Shown in pieces: positions 21,966-31,891 of a stretch of 64,000 bases of DNA. The DNA comes from an uncultured Verrucomicrobiae bacterium (GTDB taxonomy: Bacteria > Verrucomicrobiota > Verrucomicrobiia > Limisphaerales > Palsa-1400). The stretch is taken from assembly GCA_963702845.1 (NCBI GenBank), contig OY969763.1, forward strand, positions 5,280,001-5,344,000, given 5' to 3'. The translations under genes and the position numbers were made by a program. The notes under the pieces are model-generated. The model did no database searches and had not been told where the DNA came from. It saw only the letters and a program-made list of their open reading frames with translations. Numbering within the stretch: position 1 is the stretch's first letter; each line of letters begins with the position of its first letter.

Positions 21966-23027
21966 GCGGCGGTGGCTTCACCGGGAAGTTTCGCGCCCGC
22001 GCCCGGATACAAATCGTTATATTCGATCGATTGCAATCCGACAATGGCAGCGACACCGAGAATATCATGCGCACTGGAACCACGCGACACGTCCGCAGCG
22101 GGGCGATCCAAACCGAGCAGGATCTGGCCGTAAGCGTGCGCCTTGGCGAGATGCTGAATCAATTTGCTGCCGATGTTGCCGGCATTCAGGTCGGGGAAAA
22201 TCAACACGTTCGCGCGACCAGCCACAGGGCTATCCGGCAACTTGCGAATGGCGATCTCCGGCACGAGCGCGGCATCGACTTGGAGTTCGCCATCAAAATC
22301 CGCGTCCAACAATTTCTCGTGCGCCAGTTTCTCCGCGAGCGCGGTCGCGGCCTTCACTTTGCCGATGGAGGAATGTGTCGCGCTGCCTTTGGTCGAATAA
22401 GAAAGCAAAGCGACGCGCGGCCGTATTCCCAAAAGTTTTCGCGCCAATTGCGCGGTGGAAACGGCAATGTCCGCGAGTTGTTCCACGGTCGGTTCGGGAA
22501 TAACCCCGCAATCACCCATCATCAGCACGCCGTCCTCGCCGAATCTCGTGTCCTCGACTTCCATCACCATGCAACTGGAAGCGGTCGTCGCCTGCGGCGC
22601 AACTTTGATGATTTGGAACAGCGGACGCAAGACGCTGCCGGAGCTTTGGTTCGTTCCCGAAATCAGCCCATCGCACTGGTGCATCGCCACCATCATCGCG
22701 CCGTAATAATTTGGCAACAGCATCGCTTCGCGCGCTTCCTTTTCCTGAATACCTTTGCTGCGACGCAAGCATTTCAAAACGTTTCACGAACGCAGGCAAA
22801 TCTTCGCTCTCCGCCGGATTAATAATGCGGACACCTTCGAGCGACACATTCAACTGCGCCGCCGCTTCTTTAACTTTGGTGCGGTCGCCTAAAAGAATCG
22901 GCGCGCCGAGGCGCAAAGAATAGAACTGCCGAGCCGCCTGCAAAACGCGTGGCTCGGTGCCTTCGGGGAAAACAACGCGCTTGGGATGGCGCTGAAGTTT
23001 CTCTATGACCCCTCCAATAAATCGCAT
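21962..23027 (-). pseudogene. pta: phosphate acetyltransferase catalytic domain, one extra base near 22767
   Basis: RVVFPEG..RVLQAA in one frame; VALLSYST, DGELQVDAA, FPDLNAGNI, DVSRG in the next. Confidence 0.85.
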
Positions 23028-23364
23028 GCCGTGTTGTACCGGTGAATGCACCAAAGTTCAAGCCGAGGCGCGCCCTGTAGGTTTATTAGAAACAGCCAAT
23101 ATCAAAAAATATCTTGAAATGTTGCAACTTCCTGCAACTTCCGCCTACTTCCTGCAATTAGTTGCAAAGTGGAGCGGTTTTGGAGCGGAAAATCCTGCAA
23201 CTTTTGTCAAAGATCATATCCGGGTTGCACTTTCCCGAATGCCGGTAAGGACCGGCGGCTGAAGGAATTATAACGTGAAGCTGCGGCGTGTAAAGACATG
23301 AAGCCGATGAGGGGGTTGCATTTGCGCTTTAACCACACTTGCGCTGTGACTACTCTATGGTTCT

Positions 23365-25308
23365 ATGGCACGGCCTCAAGCGCGTTCGACGAAGCCACAA
23401 CCACAAGCAAAGCCAGGGATCTCATTGCTCCCAGCTTTGCTGGCGCTCGCGATTACCTTTATTGCCTTCCTGCCTTCGCTTTCGAACAGCTTCGTAAATT
23501 GGGATGACAACCTCAACATTTACGAAAACAAAGCGATCGAGACGCTCGACTCGGCGCACGTTAAATCCATTTTTACGGGGACCGTCATTGGCGGATACAA
23601 TCCGCTGACGATTCTAACGTTCGCGATTGAAAGGCATTTTGTTGGGCTCAATCCGCGCTTGTATCACGTCGACAACCTTCTACTGCATTTAGCGTGCGTG
23701 TTTCTTGCGTTTGTTTTTTTGCGGATGCTGAAGGTCAGCACGTGGGCTGCGGTTCTGGGAGCGCTGTTGTTTGGTGTTCACCCGATGCGTGTCGAATCCG
23801 TGGCCTGGGCCACTGAACGCAAGGACGTGCTCTACGCGGTGTTTTATCTTGGCGCGCTCGTTGCCTACGTGCGTTATGTCCAAAGCAACTTCGCCAAGAA
23901 ATATTATGTGATCGCGCTGGCACTGTTCGCCTTTTCTCTGTTTGCCAAGATTCAGGCTGTCGCTTTGCCTCTCTCGTTTCTTGCGGTGGATTATTACCTC
24001 AAACGTCCTTTGCGCTTTAAATTACTCCTCGAGAAAATCCCGTTGTTCCTGATGTCGCTCGCGGTCGGCAGTATCGGTGTTTTCCTTCTCTCGAAATCTG
24101 AAACACTCAAGGACGACAGCGGGTTTGGGCTTTTCGGTCATCTGCTCATTGGCGCTTATTCATATTGCGTTTACCTCGTCAAAGCAGTTGTCCCCTATGC
24201 GCTCTGTCCGGTCTATCCATATCCAGCAACGCTAGCGCCAATCTTCTACGTTGCTCCGCTGATCGTTTTGGCGATCGTTGCCGCGCTTTGGTTTCTTTAT
24301 CGCCGAGGCAATCACGCCGTAGGGTTCGGGTTCGCGTTCTTCACAGTGAACGTTGTTTTCGTTTTGCAGATTCTCGGGGCTGGCCAGGGTTTCATCGCGG
24401 ATCGTTTTCCGTACATCGCCTATCTCGGTTTGTTTTTTGTCGCTGCAAAGTATTTCGACTCACTCGTGGCGTTGAAGGACTGGCGCGGGTTTACGCAAGG
24501 CGCGGCTGCCGTGGCCGTCGCCGTTTTTGGGTTCATCACCTGGAAGCAATGCGCCATCTGGAAAGATGGTGATACACTTTGGACCGCCGTCGTGTGCAAG
24601 TATCCCGGCGACCCTTTCGCCTACGGCCAACGCGGGTTTTATCTGCGATCGCAAGCCGCGAAAACGAACGGCGACCAGACCAAGCGTCTTTACGCAGATT
24701 CACTGAACGACTACAACCGCGCGGTTGAAATTCTCGACGGGGCACCCGGGTTCACACAGCAAAAAGTCACCGTCCACAACAGCCGCGGCAAAACGCTGTT
24801 CGATATGGGCCGCACTCAAGATGCGATTGCTGATTACAGCAGGGCCATCCAACTCGACCCGACATTTGCTGAAGCCTACATCAATCGCGGCGCGGCCCTG
24901 GGTAAATCACGGCAAAACGACCTCGCCCTTGCTGATTTTAATAAAGGCGTGGAGCTCAAACCAGAAGCCGCCAACGGCTATTTCAACCGCTCCATTGCTT
25001 ATAGTGAGATGAATAAGTTCGATCTGGCCGTTCGCGATTACGACAAGTATCTCACCTTCGAGCCCAACAACATTCCGGTCCTTTACGAACGCGCGATGGC
25101 AAAGCGCAAACTCGGCCGGCATTCCGAAGCCATTGACGACTTCAATCAAATCCTGCGCATCAATGCGAACCAGCCCGACATTTACCTTGAACGTTCCCGC
25201 ACCTTTCGTGACTTGGGCAAACGCGCCGAAGCTTTAAGCGACGCCAAAATGGCCAAATCGAATGGGATAAAAGTAGACGACCTCTACATGCAGCAGTTGC
25301 AACAATAG
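23365..25308 (+). CDS. TMTC-like membrane protein with TPR repeats
   Basis: FVNWDD, YNPLT, YHVDNLLLH, LFGVHPMRVESVAWATERKD, ADRFPY, TPRs. Confidence 0.88.
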   Translation: MARPQARSTKPQPQAKPGISLLPALLALAITFIAFLPSLSNSFVNWDDNLNIYENKAIETLDSAHVKSIFTGTVIGGYNPLTILTFAIERHFVGLNPRLYHVDNLLLHLACVFLAFVFLRMLKVSTWAAVLGALLFGVHPMRVESVAWATERKDVLYAVFYLGALVAYVRYVQSNFAKKYYVIALALFAFSLFAKIQAVALPLSFLAVDYYLKRPLRFKLLLEKIPLFLMSLAVGSIGVFLLSKSETLKDDSGFGLFGHLLIGAYSYCVYLVKAVVPYALCPVYPYPATLAPIFYVAPLIVLAIVAALWFLYRRGNHAVGFGFAFFTVNVVFVLQILGAGQGFIADRFPYIAYLGLFFVAAKYFDSLVALKDWRGFTQGAAAVAVAVFGFITWKQCAIWKDGDTLWTAVVCKYPGDPFAYGQRGFYLRSQAAKTNGDQTKRLYADSLNDYNRAVEILDGAPGFTQQKVTVHNSRGKTLFDMGRTQDAIADYSRAIQLDPTFAEAYINRGAALGKSRQNDLALADFNKGVELKPEAANGYFNRSIAYSEMNKFDLAVRDYDKYLTFEPNNIPVLYERAMAKRKLGRHSEAIDDFNQILRINANQPDIYLERSRTFRDLGKRAEALSDAKMAKSNGIKVDDLYMQQLQQ

Positions 25309-25332
25309 CCGCAGACCCTACACTTAACGCGC

Positions 25333-26106
25333 ATGCTCGCAAAACGCGTCATTCCATGTCTCGACGTCCATGACGGCAAAGTCACGCGCGGAGTCCAGTT
25401 CGGCAAAGCCGAAGCTGGCGAACTCCGCAATGTCGGCGACCCGGTTGAACTCGCCATCCGCTACAACGATCAGGGCGCGGACGAAATGGTTTTCTTCGAC
25501 ATCACCGCCAGCGCTCACGGACGCGGCACCATGATCGACGTCATAGAGCGCGCCGCCGACCATTGCTTCATGCCTTTGACTGTCGGCGGCGGAATCAAAA
25601 GTGTCGAAGACATGCACACCATGCTGAAAGCCGGCGCGGACAAAACCAGCATCAATTCCTCCGCGCTTGCCACCCCGAACCTCATTCGTGAAGGCGCTGA
25701 AAAATTCGGCAGCCAATGCATTGTCGTTTCGATCGACGCGAAGAAAGTTGCGCCCGATCGTTGGGAAGTTTTTTCGCATGGCGGACGAAAGGCTACTGGG
25801 CTTGATGCTGTCGAATGGGCCAAAAAAGCCGTCTCGCTCGGTGCCGGTGAAATCGTCCTCAACAGCATTGATGCCGACGGCACGAAGGCCGGTTTCGATT
25901 TAGTCATCACTCGCCGCATCAGTGAATCCGTCGGAGTGCCCGTCGTGGCCAGCGGCGGCGCGGGTAATCTCGAACACATGGCGGCGGTATTGGTGGAAGG
26001 CAAAGCCGACGCCGTTTTGGCTGCGAGCATCTTTCACTACGGCGAATATACCGTCGGTGATGTGAAACAATATTTGGCCAAACAAAATATCCCGGTTCGT
26101 CTCTGA
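25333..26106 (+). CDS. hisF: imidazole glycerol phosphate synthase cyclase subunit
   Basis: [32 protein letters not shown]. Confidence 0.97.
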   Translation: MLAKRVIPCLDVHDGKVTRGVQFGKAEAGELRNVGDPVELAIRYNDQGADEMVFFDITASAHGRGTMIDVIERAADHCFMPLTVGGGIKSVEDMHTMLKAGADKTSINSSALATPNLIREGAEKFGSQCIVVSIDAKKVAPDRWEVFSHGGRKATGLDAVEWAKKAVSLGAGEIVLNSIDADGTKAGFDLVITRRISESVGVPVVASGGAGNLEHMAAVLVEGKADAVLAASIFHYGEYTVGDVKQYLAKQNIPVRL

Positions 26107-26131
26107 CGATTCGGCAGTTTCTTCCGTTGCT

Positions 26132-26530
26132 ATGATTCAGACTCGAATTCTCCCAATCATCCTGCTGCTTTGCTCGAACATCTTCATGACAGTGGCGTGG
26201 TATGGCCATCTCCGTTTCAAATCCGTCGCGTTGTGGCAAGCAATCCTCGTCAGTTGGGGCATCGCGTTTTTCGAATACTGCCTGATGGTCCCGGCGAATC
26301 GCTGGGGTTTCGGCACCTACAACGTCGTTCAACTGAAAGTCGTCCAGGAAATCATCACGCTCACGGTGTTTAGTGTCTTCGCCGTTTACGCGTTGCAAGC
26401 GCAGATCCGCTGGAATCACATCGTCGCCTTCATCTTGATCATCGCCGCTGCGGGCTTCACTTTCCTGCCCCAATCAGATAAACAATCAGCAGCGAACGAA
26501 AAAGCGCGGGTCGAAATGACACCAAAATAA
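26132..26530 (+). CDS. DMT-family small membrane protein
   Basis: SNIFMTVAWYGHL, SWGIAFFEY, QLKVVQE. Confidence 0.85.
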   Translation: MIQTRILPIILLLCSNIFMTVAWYGHLRFKSVALWQAILVSWGIAFFEYCLMVPANRWGFGTYNVVQLKVVQEIITLTVFSVFAVYALQAQIRWNHIVAFILIIAAAGFTFLPQSDKQSAANEKARVEMTPK

Positions 26531-26536
26531 TTTCCT

Positions 26537-26923
26537 ATGAGCTTCTACGACAAATTGAAATTCAACTCCGAAGGCCTCATCCCCGCGATTATTCAAGACC
26601 ACACCAACGGCCGCGTCCTCATGATGGCCTGGATGAACCGCGCCTCGCTCGAAGACACCGTCAAAACCGGCAAGACCCACTTCTGGAGCCGCTCGCGCCA
26701 GAAATATTGGATGAAGGGCGAATCCAGCGGCCACACGCAAAACGTGAAAGACATCGCCTTCGATTGCGACGGCGACACGCTCTTGATTCAAGTCGAACAA
26801 AAGGGCGCTGCCTGTCATGAAGGCTATCGCTCCTGCTTCTTCCGCAGCGTCGAAAGCGGTGCCGCCGAAAAAATCACCGAACCGCGCCTGGTCAATCCCG
26901 ACGACATCTACGGTAAAAAATAG
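26537..26923 (+). CDS. hisI: phosphoribosyl-AMP cyclohydrolase
   Basis: [26 protein letters not shown]. Confidence 0.96.
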   Translation: MSFYDKLKFNSEGLIPAIIQDHTNGRVLMMAWMNRASLEDTVKTGKTHFWSRSRQKYWMKGESSGHTQNVKDIAFDCDGDTLLIQVEQKGAACHEGYRSCFFRSVESGAAEKITEPRLVNPDDIYGKK

Positions 26924-26929
26924 TTTTTC

Positions 26930-26951
26930 GTAACAGCCGACGTAAGAAGGC
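26930..26951 (+). repeat. REP-like GTA(G/A) palindromic element
   Basis: GTAACAGCCGACGTAAGAAGGC; 17/22 identical to the minus-strand copy at 54638-54659. Confidence 0.5.
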
Positions 26952-26961
26952 TCTGAACAAT

Positions 26962-27546
26962 ATGTCTGAGAGCCTATCCTTCGGCAGTCACGAGTACCTG
27001 CTGATGTTGGGTTTGCTCTTCTTCGGTCGCAGCATGGACTTCTTCAGCACGTGGGTGGCGACTCCAAATCTCGCGCTGGAAGGGAATCCCATCGCAAAAA
27101 AACTCGGATGGCGTTGGGGCGTGTTGCTCAACATCGTGCTCTGCGTCTCATTTGCGCACTGGCCGCTGACCGCTGTTATTATTACCACCACCGGCCTGCT
27201 CGTCGCCGCGCGGAACTTTCATTCCGCCTGGTTGATGCGATCGATGGGAGAAGAAGGCTATCGGCTTTGGTATTCTGAACGCATTTCCAATACGCGGCTA
27301 CGGCTCGTCATCTTATCGCTTCTTGGCGAGACGGTTCTGACCGCCATCGTCGGGGTTGCGCTGCTCTACTTCAGTCCGCTGGATTCACTCCCGAGTGCGA
27401 TTGCTTTGGGGATTATCGCATACGCGATCGTGGTTCTGTTCTACACATCGCTCTCACTTTGGCGCACACGTCGGTTTCACCGTCGCTTCCGCGTCGCGGC
27501 GCACGACGATCATTCCGACCCGATGCGATCGGGACCTCCAGATTAG
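26962..27546 (+). CDS. hypothetical membrane protein
   Basis: Several TM segments; D..STW...EGNP motif. Confidence 0.75.
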   Translation: MSESLSFGSHEYLLMLGLLFFGRSMDFFSTWVATPNLALEGNPIAKKLGWRWGVLLNIVLCVSFAHWPLTAVIITTTGLLVAARNFHSAWLMRSMGEEGYRLWYSERISNTRLRLVILSLLGETVLTAIVGVALLYFSPLDSLPSAIALGIIAYAIVVLFYTSLSLWRTRRFHRRFRVAAHDDHSDPMRSGPPD

Positions 27547-30500
27547 TTGCCTTGCAACAGAACGCTCCCGCTTTGGTTGGTGCCGAGGAAATAACCGCGT
27601 GCTTCGTTTTGATTTTGTAAAATTACTCCGTTGAAGGTGGTGAAGCGTAACGTTACCGGTGCTGTGAAATGGCTGCCAGTGAGCAGGCCCTTGGTTTTAT
27701 CGAGCAGGAGCGTAGTTGAATTCGCACCGGTGACAACGGTGGTGTTATTCGAATTGAGCACCACGTTGTTCGTGAAGCCTTGAACCAGGTTCGCGCCGTT
27801 AAACGCAAGAGTGCCATTCGTAAAATTCAACACGCGCACGCCATTGCTCGGGGTAATGAACGATGAACCGACCAGCGGCGTGTTCAACGTGAATCCATTC
27901 GAATACAACGCCGTTCGCATCGATGGCTTAATCCATGTTGCATCGCCGCCGAGGGTGTTCGCGGGCAAGTTGCTGAAAGTCACCTCGCTGAAAATCATTC
28001 CTTTGCTCGCGTACAACGGCGCAAAGAGAGGCCAGACGCCATTTTTGGAAATGCTGACGGTTTGGCTCAACAGTGTGCCGTCGGCCATGCTGCCCGACGC
28101 CCGGATCATGCCGGCGTTGTCGATCGTCAGCGTTGCGTAGCTGTCGCCTTCAGGCGCGGCAGTGGGTTCGGTGTAACCGAGGATTGCGAGCGTGTATTTG
28201 CCAGCAAAGTTGGTCGCTTTGTTTTTCACCAGGTCGAAAACAGCGCGATCCAACGTGAACGCGGAAATCCATGAACCGTTGGAAACGGTGCCAGGGATGG
28301 TGTCGTCGGGTGTGGCAAGGTTGAGATGCGTCGCCACGACTACGCTGTTGGTCCGCAAGCGGGCGATGGTCAGTTGGCTGTTGCCGTACAAATCAAACTT
28401 TCCGCTCAACGTATAAGCAACACCATCAAGATTCATTCTGCCGACATACGTGCCGCTACTCGCCAGAGTCAGCGTAATAAAACCGGCGCTGGATTGGCGC
28501 ACCGCGTCCGACTCGCGAAACAATCCGTTGTAAACGCCTTTGATCGGGATGAACGGATTCGTCACGAAATTGCCGTTCAAGACCATGTTCGGTTGCATGA
28601 GGAAATTTAGGACGGCAGCGTTCGAGCTGATCGTTCCGTTCCAATTTGAAAAAACCCAGTTGTTCGATGGCGTTCCGGTGATTGTATAGCGACGACCGAT
28701 TTCCAAAAATTTGCCGTTCAAATCAGGCGTGATTTTGCCAAGGCCGTTCGTCGTAACTGTGAGCACGTTTGTGACGACGTAGAAAAAGCTACGCGAAACC
28801 GGGAGCGACGTTTGCAGCCCGAACCCGATCGCACGCGCCGTGATCGTGTTCGTGCCGGCAATCAGCGTCAGCGGTGCAGACCAGTTGGTTATCCCCGTGG
28901 CTGTTTGCCAACCGGAGTTGCCTGACGAATTCTGCAGCTGATATTCCACATGGTCGACCTGCACGTCGTCCTTCGCGGTGCCGGTAACAGTGACGTCGGC
29001 CGTGAAAACACGTGCATTCGCCAATGGCGCGGTGACGGCGACGGTCGGGAGCTTCAAATGTTGCAAGACGACTTGGTCGACCCATCCGGCATCGCGTCCG
29101 AAGCTGTCGCTACCATCTTTGGTGTAACGCCATTGGATCGAGTGCGAACCCGAAGGAATGAAGAAAGCCTGTTGCGACCAATCGGCTGCACCGCTAATCT
29201 GATTTTGGTCAACGTCGTCGACGGAGAATGTCAGCAAGTCCAAGGTAGGTTCGGAATCACATTTCCACCAAAACGTCAGGCGCGCCGGGCCAGCGACCGT
29301 TCCCTGCAAATACGTCGATTGATTATCGGTAATGCCGCCGCTTTGCGCAGCGTCGCTGCCATCGTGAGTCGTGCCGGGTTGCCAAAACCACTGATTGTCG
29401 CCACCCGTAGTCCAGTTGACCGTCGTCGCGTCGAGCGCTTCGCCCAGACTCGGCGGCACACGAAAAGAGGTCAGCTTAGCCGTGGTGTTGTTGATTACTT
29501 GTGCGTTGTTGTTGCTGCTGGTGCCTGTTGCAACGGGGCCGCTTCCGTTGTCATAGAATACGTTGGGGTTCGAAAAATGCGGTACGCGTTGAGAAATGTG
29601 AGCAACGGCCGTCATCACCGTTTCGTGGTTTGAAGTATCCGGTGACTGGAAAAAATAAGCGTGTGCGTATGGATACAGCGGATTTGACGCCGAATATTGC
29701 GGCTCGTGATCGCATCCAAAATTGTGCCCGATTTCATGCACGGGAATATAAGTCCCGACAGCGCGCGGACGATAGATAACGTTGTAAGTGTAGATGGTAG
29801 AACCGGGCAACAATTGGTAAGCGAGGCCGGCAAGCGAGCCGATAGTTTGCTCCACCCAAAGCGAAACAATGTCGGCTTTATATTTGTCGCGAGTGACGAG
29901 CGCGTCATCCATGAATCCGTCGCTGGGATTTCCGAGACGATCAAGGTCGGTGTTGAAGTCGCCAGTTTCGGTGTAGCTGGTTTCCTCCGTGTGAACCAAA
30001 CGCAATTGGAGATTTACCTGGCTGTTGTCCAAAGCGTCCTGACCTTCCGCTAGAGCGACTCTGATCTGGCTGTTGATCGCGTCTTCGCCGCCCGCGTTAC
30101 TCATCGCGGTGGCTGTGTAAATCACCATTATATCCAGATTTGTTTTTGCGGGAATCGCGTTCGCGGAAATCCTTGCTACGGCGCGAGGTTCGTTTGGAGG
30201 AGTGGCTCCCGGTAGCACAGGTGCGATGGAACTCGGCTGCGTGCTGTAAATCGGAGTGGGCGGAGTTTTGCCCTTGATCCCGCACGTGGCGACCGCCGTC
30301 GAATCCACTTCACTCAGGTAGTGAAGATCGCCACTCGCAGTCGCAATTTTAAAGAGCCGACCATTCCCAGTGCGGTAAGACGCCGTAAACGCCCCGTTTT
30401 CGCGCGCGAGAATCATGTAATTCCACGGCTTGCCCGGCACGGAGCAGCGGATGACGAATGATTTGAATTGCCCGAGGTGATCGTTGCTTTGTCGACGCTC

Positions 30501-30763
30501 AACGTGACTTGTTCGCCATCGAACAGCGATAAATCGAACTGAGAGCCGGGTATGGCGAGCTTGCTCATCAATGACGGGTTGAGCTTCACGAAACGCTGGC
30601 GTTTTGACGCGCTCACCACGCGCGCGCGAACCGGTGCCGACGCATCGAGCAGGAGACTTTCGCCGCGAGATAAAGTGGCTGTTAAAAACAAGCAGAAGAC
30701 AACGAGCAGAGGCAAACGATGGTTGTTCAAGCCTCGTATTCTAGCAATTCTCGGGCCGTTCAC
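27543..30763 (-). pseudogene. secreted M12B/reprolysin-like zinc metalloprotease with Ig-like and beta-rich C-terminal domains, frameshift near 30460
   Basis: Signal and propeptide in ORF 30413..30763; HEIGHNFGCDH, TVMT Met-turn and FSNP in ORF 27543..30440. Confidence 0.8.
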
Positions 30764-30791
30764 TCAAACCGGAAATACGCTCCCCCCGTCC

Positions 30792-30832
30792 AAAAAAATC
30801 GGCGTCAGCGGCTCAAAAGCCAACTGACGCCG
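30792..30832 (-). terminator. intrinsic terminator after the second sigma factor
   Basis: CGGCGTCAG/CTGACGCCG stem followed by T7 on the minus strand. Confidence 0.8.
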
Positions 30833-30849
30833 GTGATAAACAATTCAAC

Positions 30850-31866
30850 TTACTCGACTACCACGGTCTCGAGTTTCTCGATTTTGCGGCGCAATTTCGC
30901 CATCGCCATTTCTTGAATCTGGCGGATGCGTTCACGCGTGACACCGAATTCTTCGCCCAATTGCTCGAGCGTTTTTTCATCAGTGCCACCGAGGCCGAAG
31001 CGCTGGCGCAAGATCGCTTGCTCGCGCACATCAAGACTCGGCAACAAATCATGAATCAAATTCACGTTCGTTTTGCCTTCCAGATCCTGGTAAGGCGTGC
31101 CGGCGTTCGCGTCGGGCACGATGTCGGCGATCTTCGCTTCGTCGCCATCCGAGATGGGAGCGTCGAGCGACTGCGGGCGCACGGACGCCTTGCGATATTG
31201 CGAGACGCGGCGCGCCGGCAAGCCGACTTCCGCACCCACTTCTTCATCCGTCGGTTCGTGGCCGAGGACGTCCTGCAACTTCGCTTCAGCGCGGCGGATG
31301 TGCAGCAACTTATCGACAACGTGCACTGGCAAACGAATGGTCTTCGATTGGTTCGCGAGCGCGCGTTTGATCGCTTGCTTGATCCACCAGGCCGCGTAGG
31401 TCGACAGCTTCGCACCCTTATTCGGGTTAAAACGTTCCACGCCCTTCATCAAGCCAATGTTGCCTTCGTTGATGAGGTCGAGCAGCGGGACGCCATAATT
31501 CTCGTAGTCGCGAGCAATCTTCACGACCAGGCGCAGGTTGGCCTTGATCATTTGTTCGCGCGCGGCTTTGTCGCCTCTGCGGATGCGTTTAGCGAGGTCG
31601 ATCTCTTCCTTTTTGGTCAAGAGCTTGGTCTCGCCGACTTCGCGCATATACAGATTATAGGCGTCGTGCGAATAGCTCGCGTCCGGGACCTCACTGGGTA
31701 AGGGGCGACGATCCGCGTGCGCCGGTTTTTCGACGACCGCGACGTTTTCGGTTTCAGTTTTCGGGGACCTGTCTGCAGCCAGAGCGGCGCGCGGGGTTCG
31801 TCGCGCCCTACCGACCGGGTTCAAGTTCCGGGGTGTGCTCAACTTCGTTTTCATAATCTTATTCAT
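30850..31866 (-). CDS. RNA polymerase sigma-70 factor, paralog of 17552..18730
   Basis: LYMREV, ANLRLVVKIARDYENYG, GVTRERIRQIQ; AGGAGG Shine-Dalgarno. Confidence 0.93.
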   Translation of the reverse strand: MNKIMKTKLSTPRNLNPVGRARRTPRAALAADRSPKTETENVAVVEKPAHADRRPLPSEVPDASYSHDAYNLYMREVGETKLLTKKEEIDLAKRIRRGDKAAREQMIKANLRLVVKIARDYENYGVPLLDLINEGNIGLMKGVERFNPNKGAKLSTYAAWWIKQAIKRALANQSKTIRLPVHVVDKLLHIRRAEAKLQDVLGHEPTDEEVGAEVGLPARRVSQYRKASVRPQSLDAPISDGDEAKIADIVPDANAGTPYQDLEGKTNVNLIHDLLPSLDVREQAILRQRFGLGGTDEKTLEQLGEEFGVTRERIRQIQEMAMAKLRRKIEKLETVVVE

Positions 31867-31891
31867 TAGACGTCCTCCTATTCATTTCATT

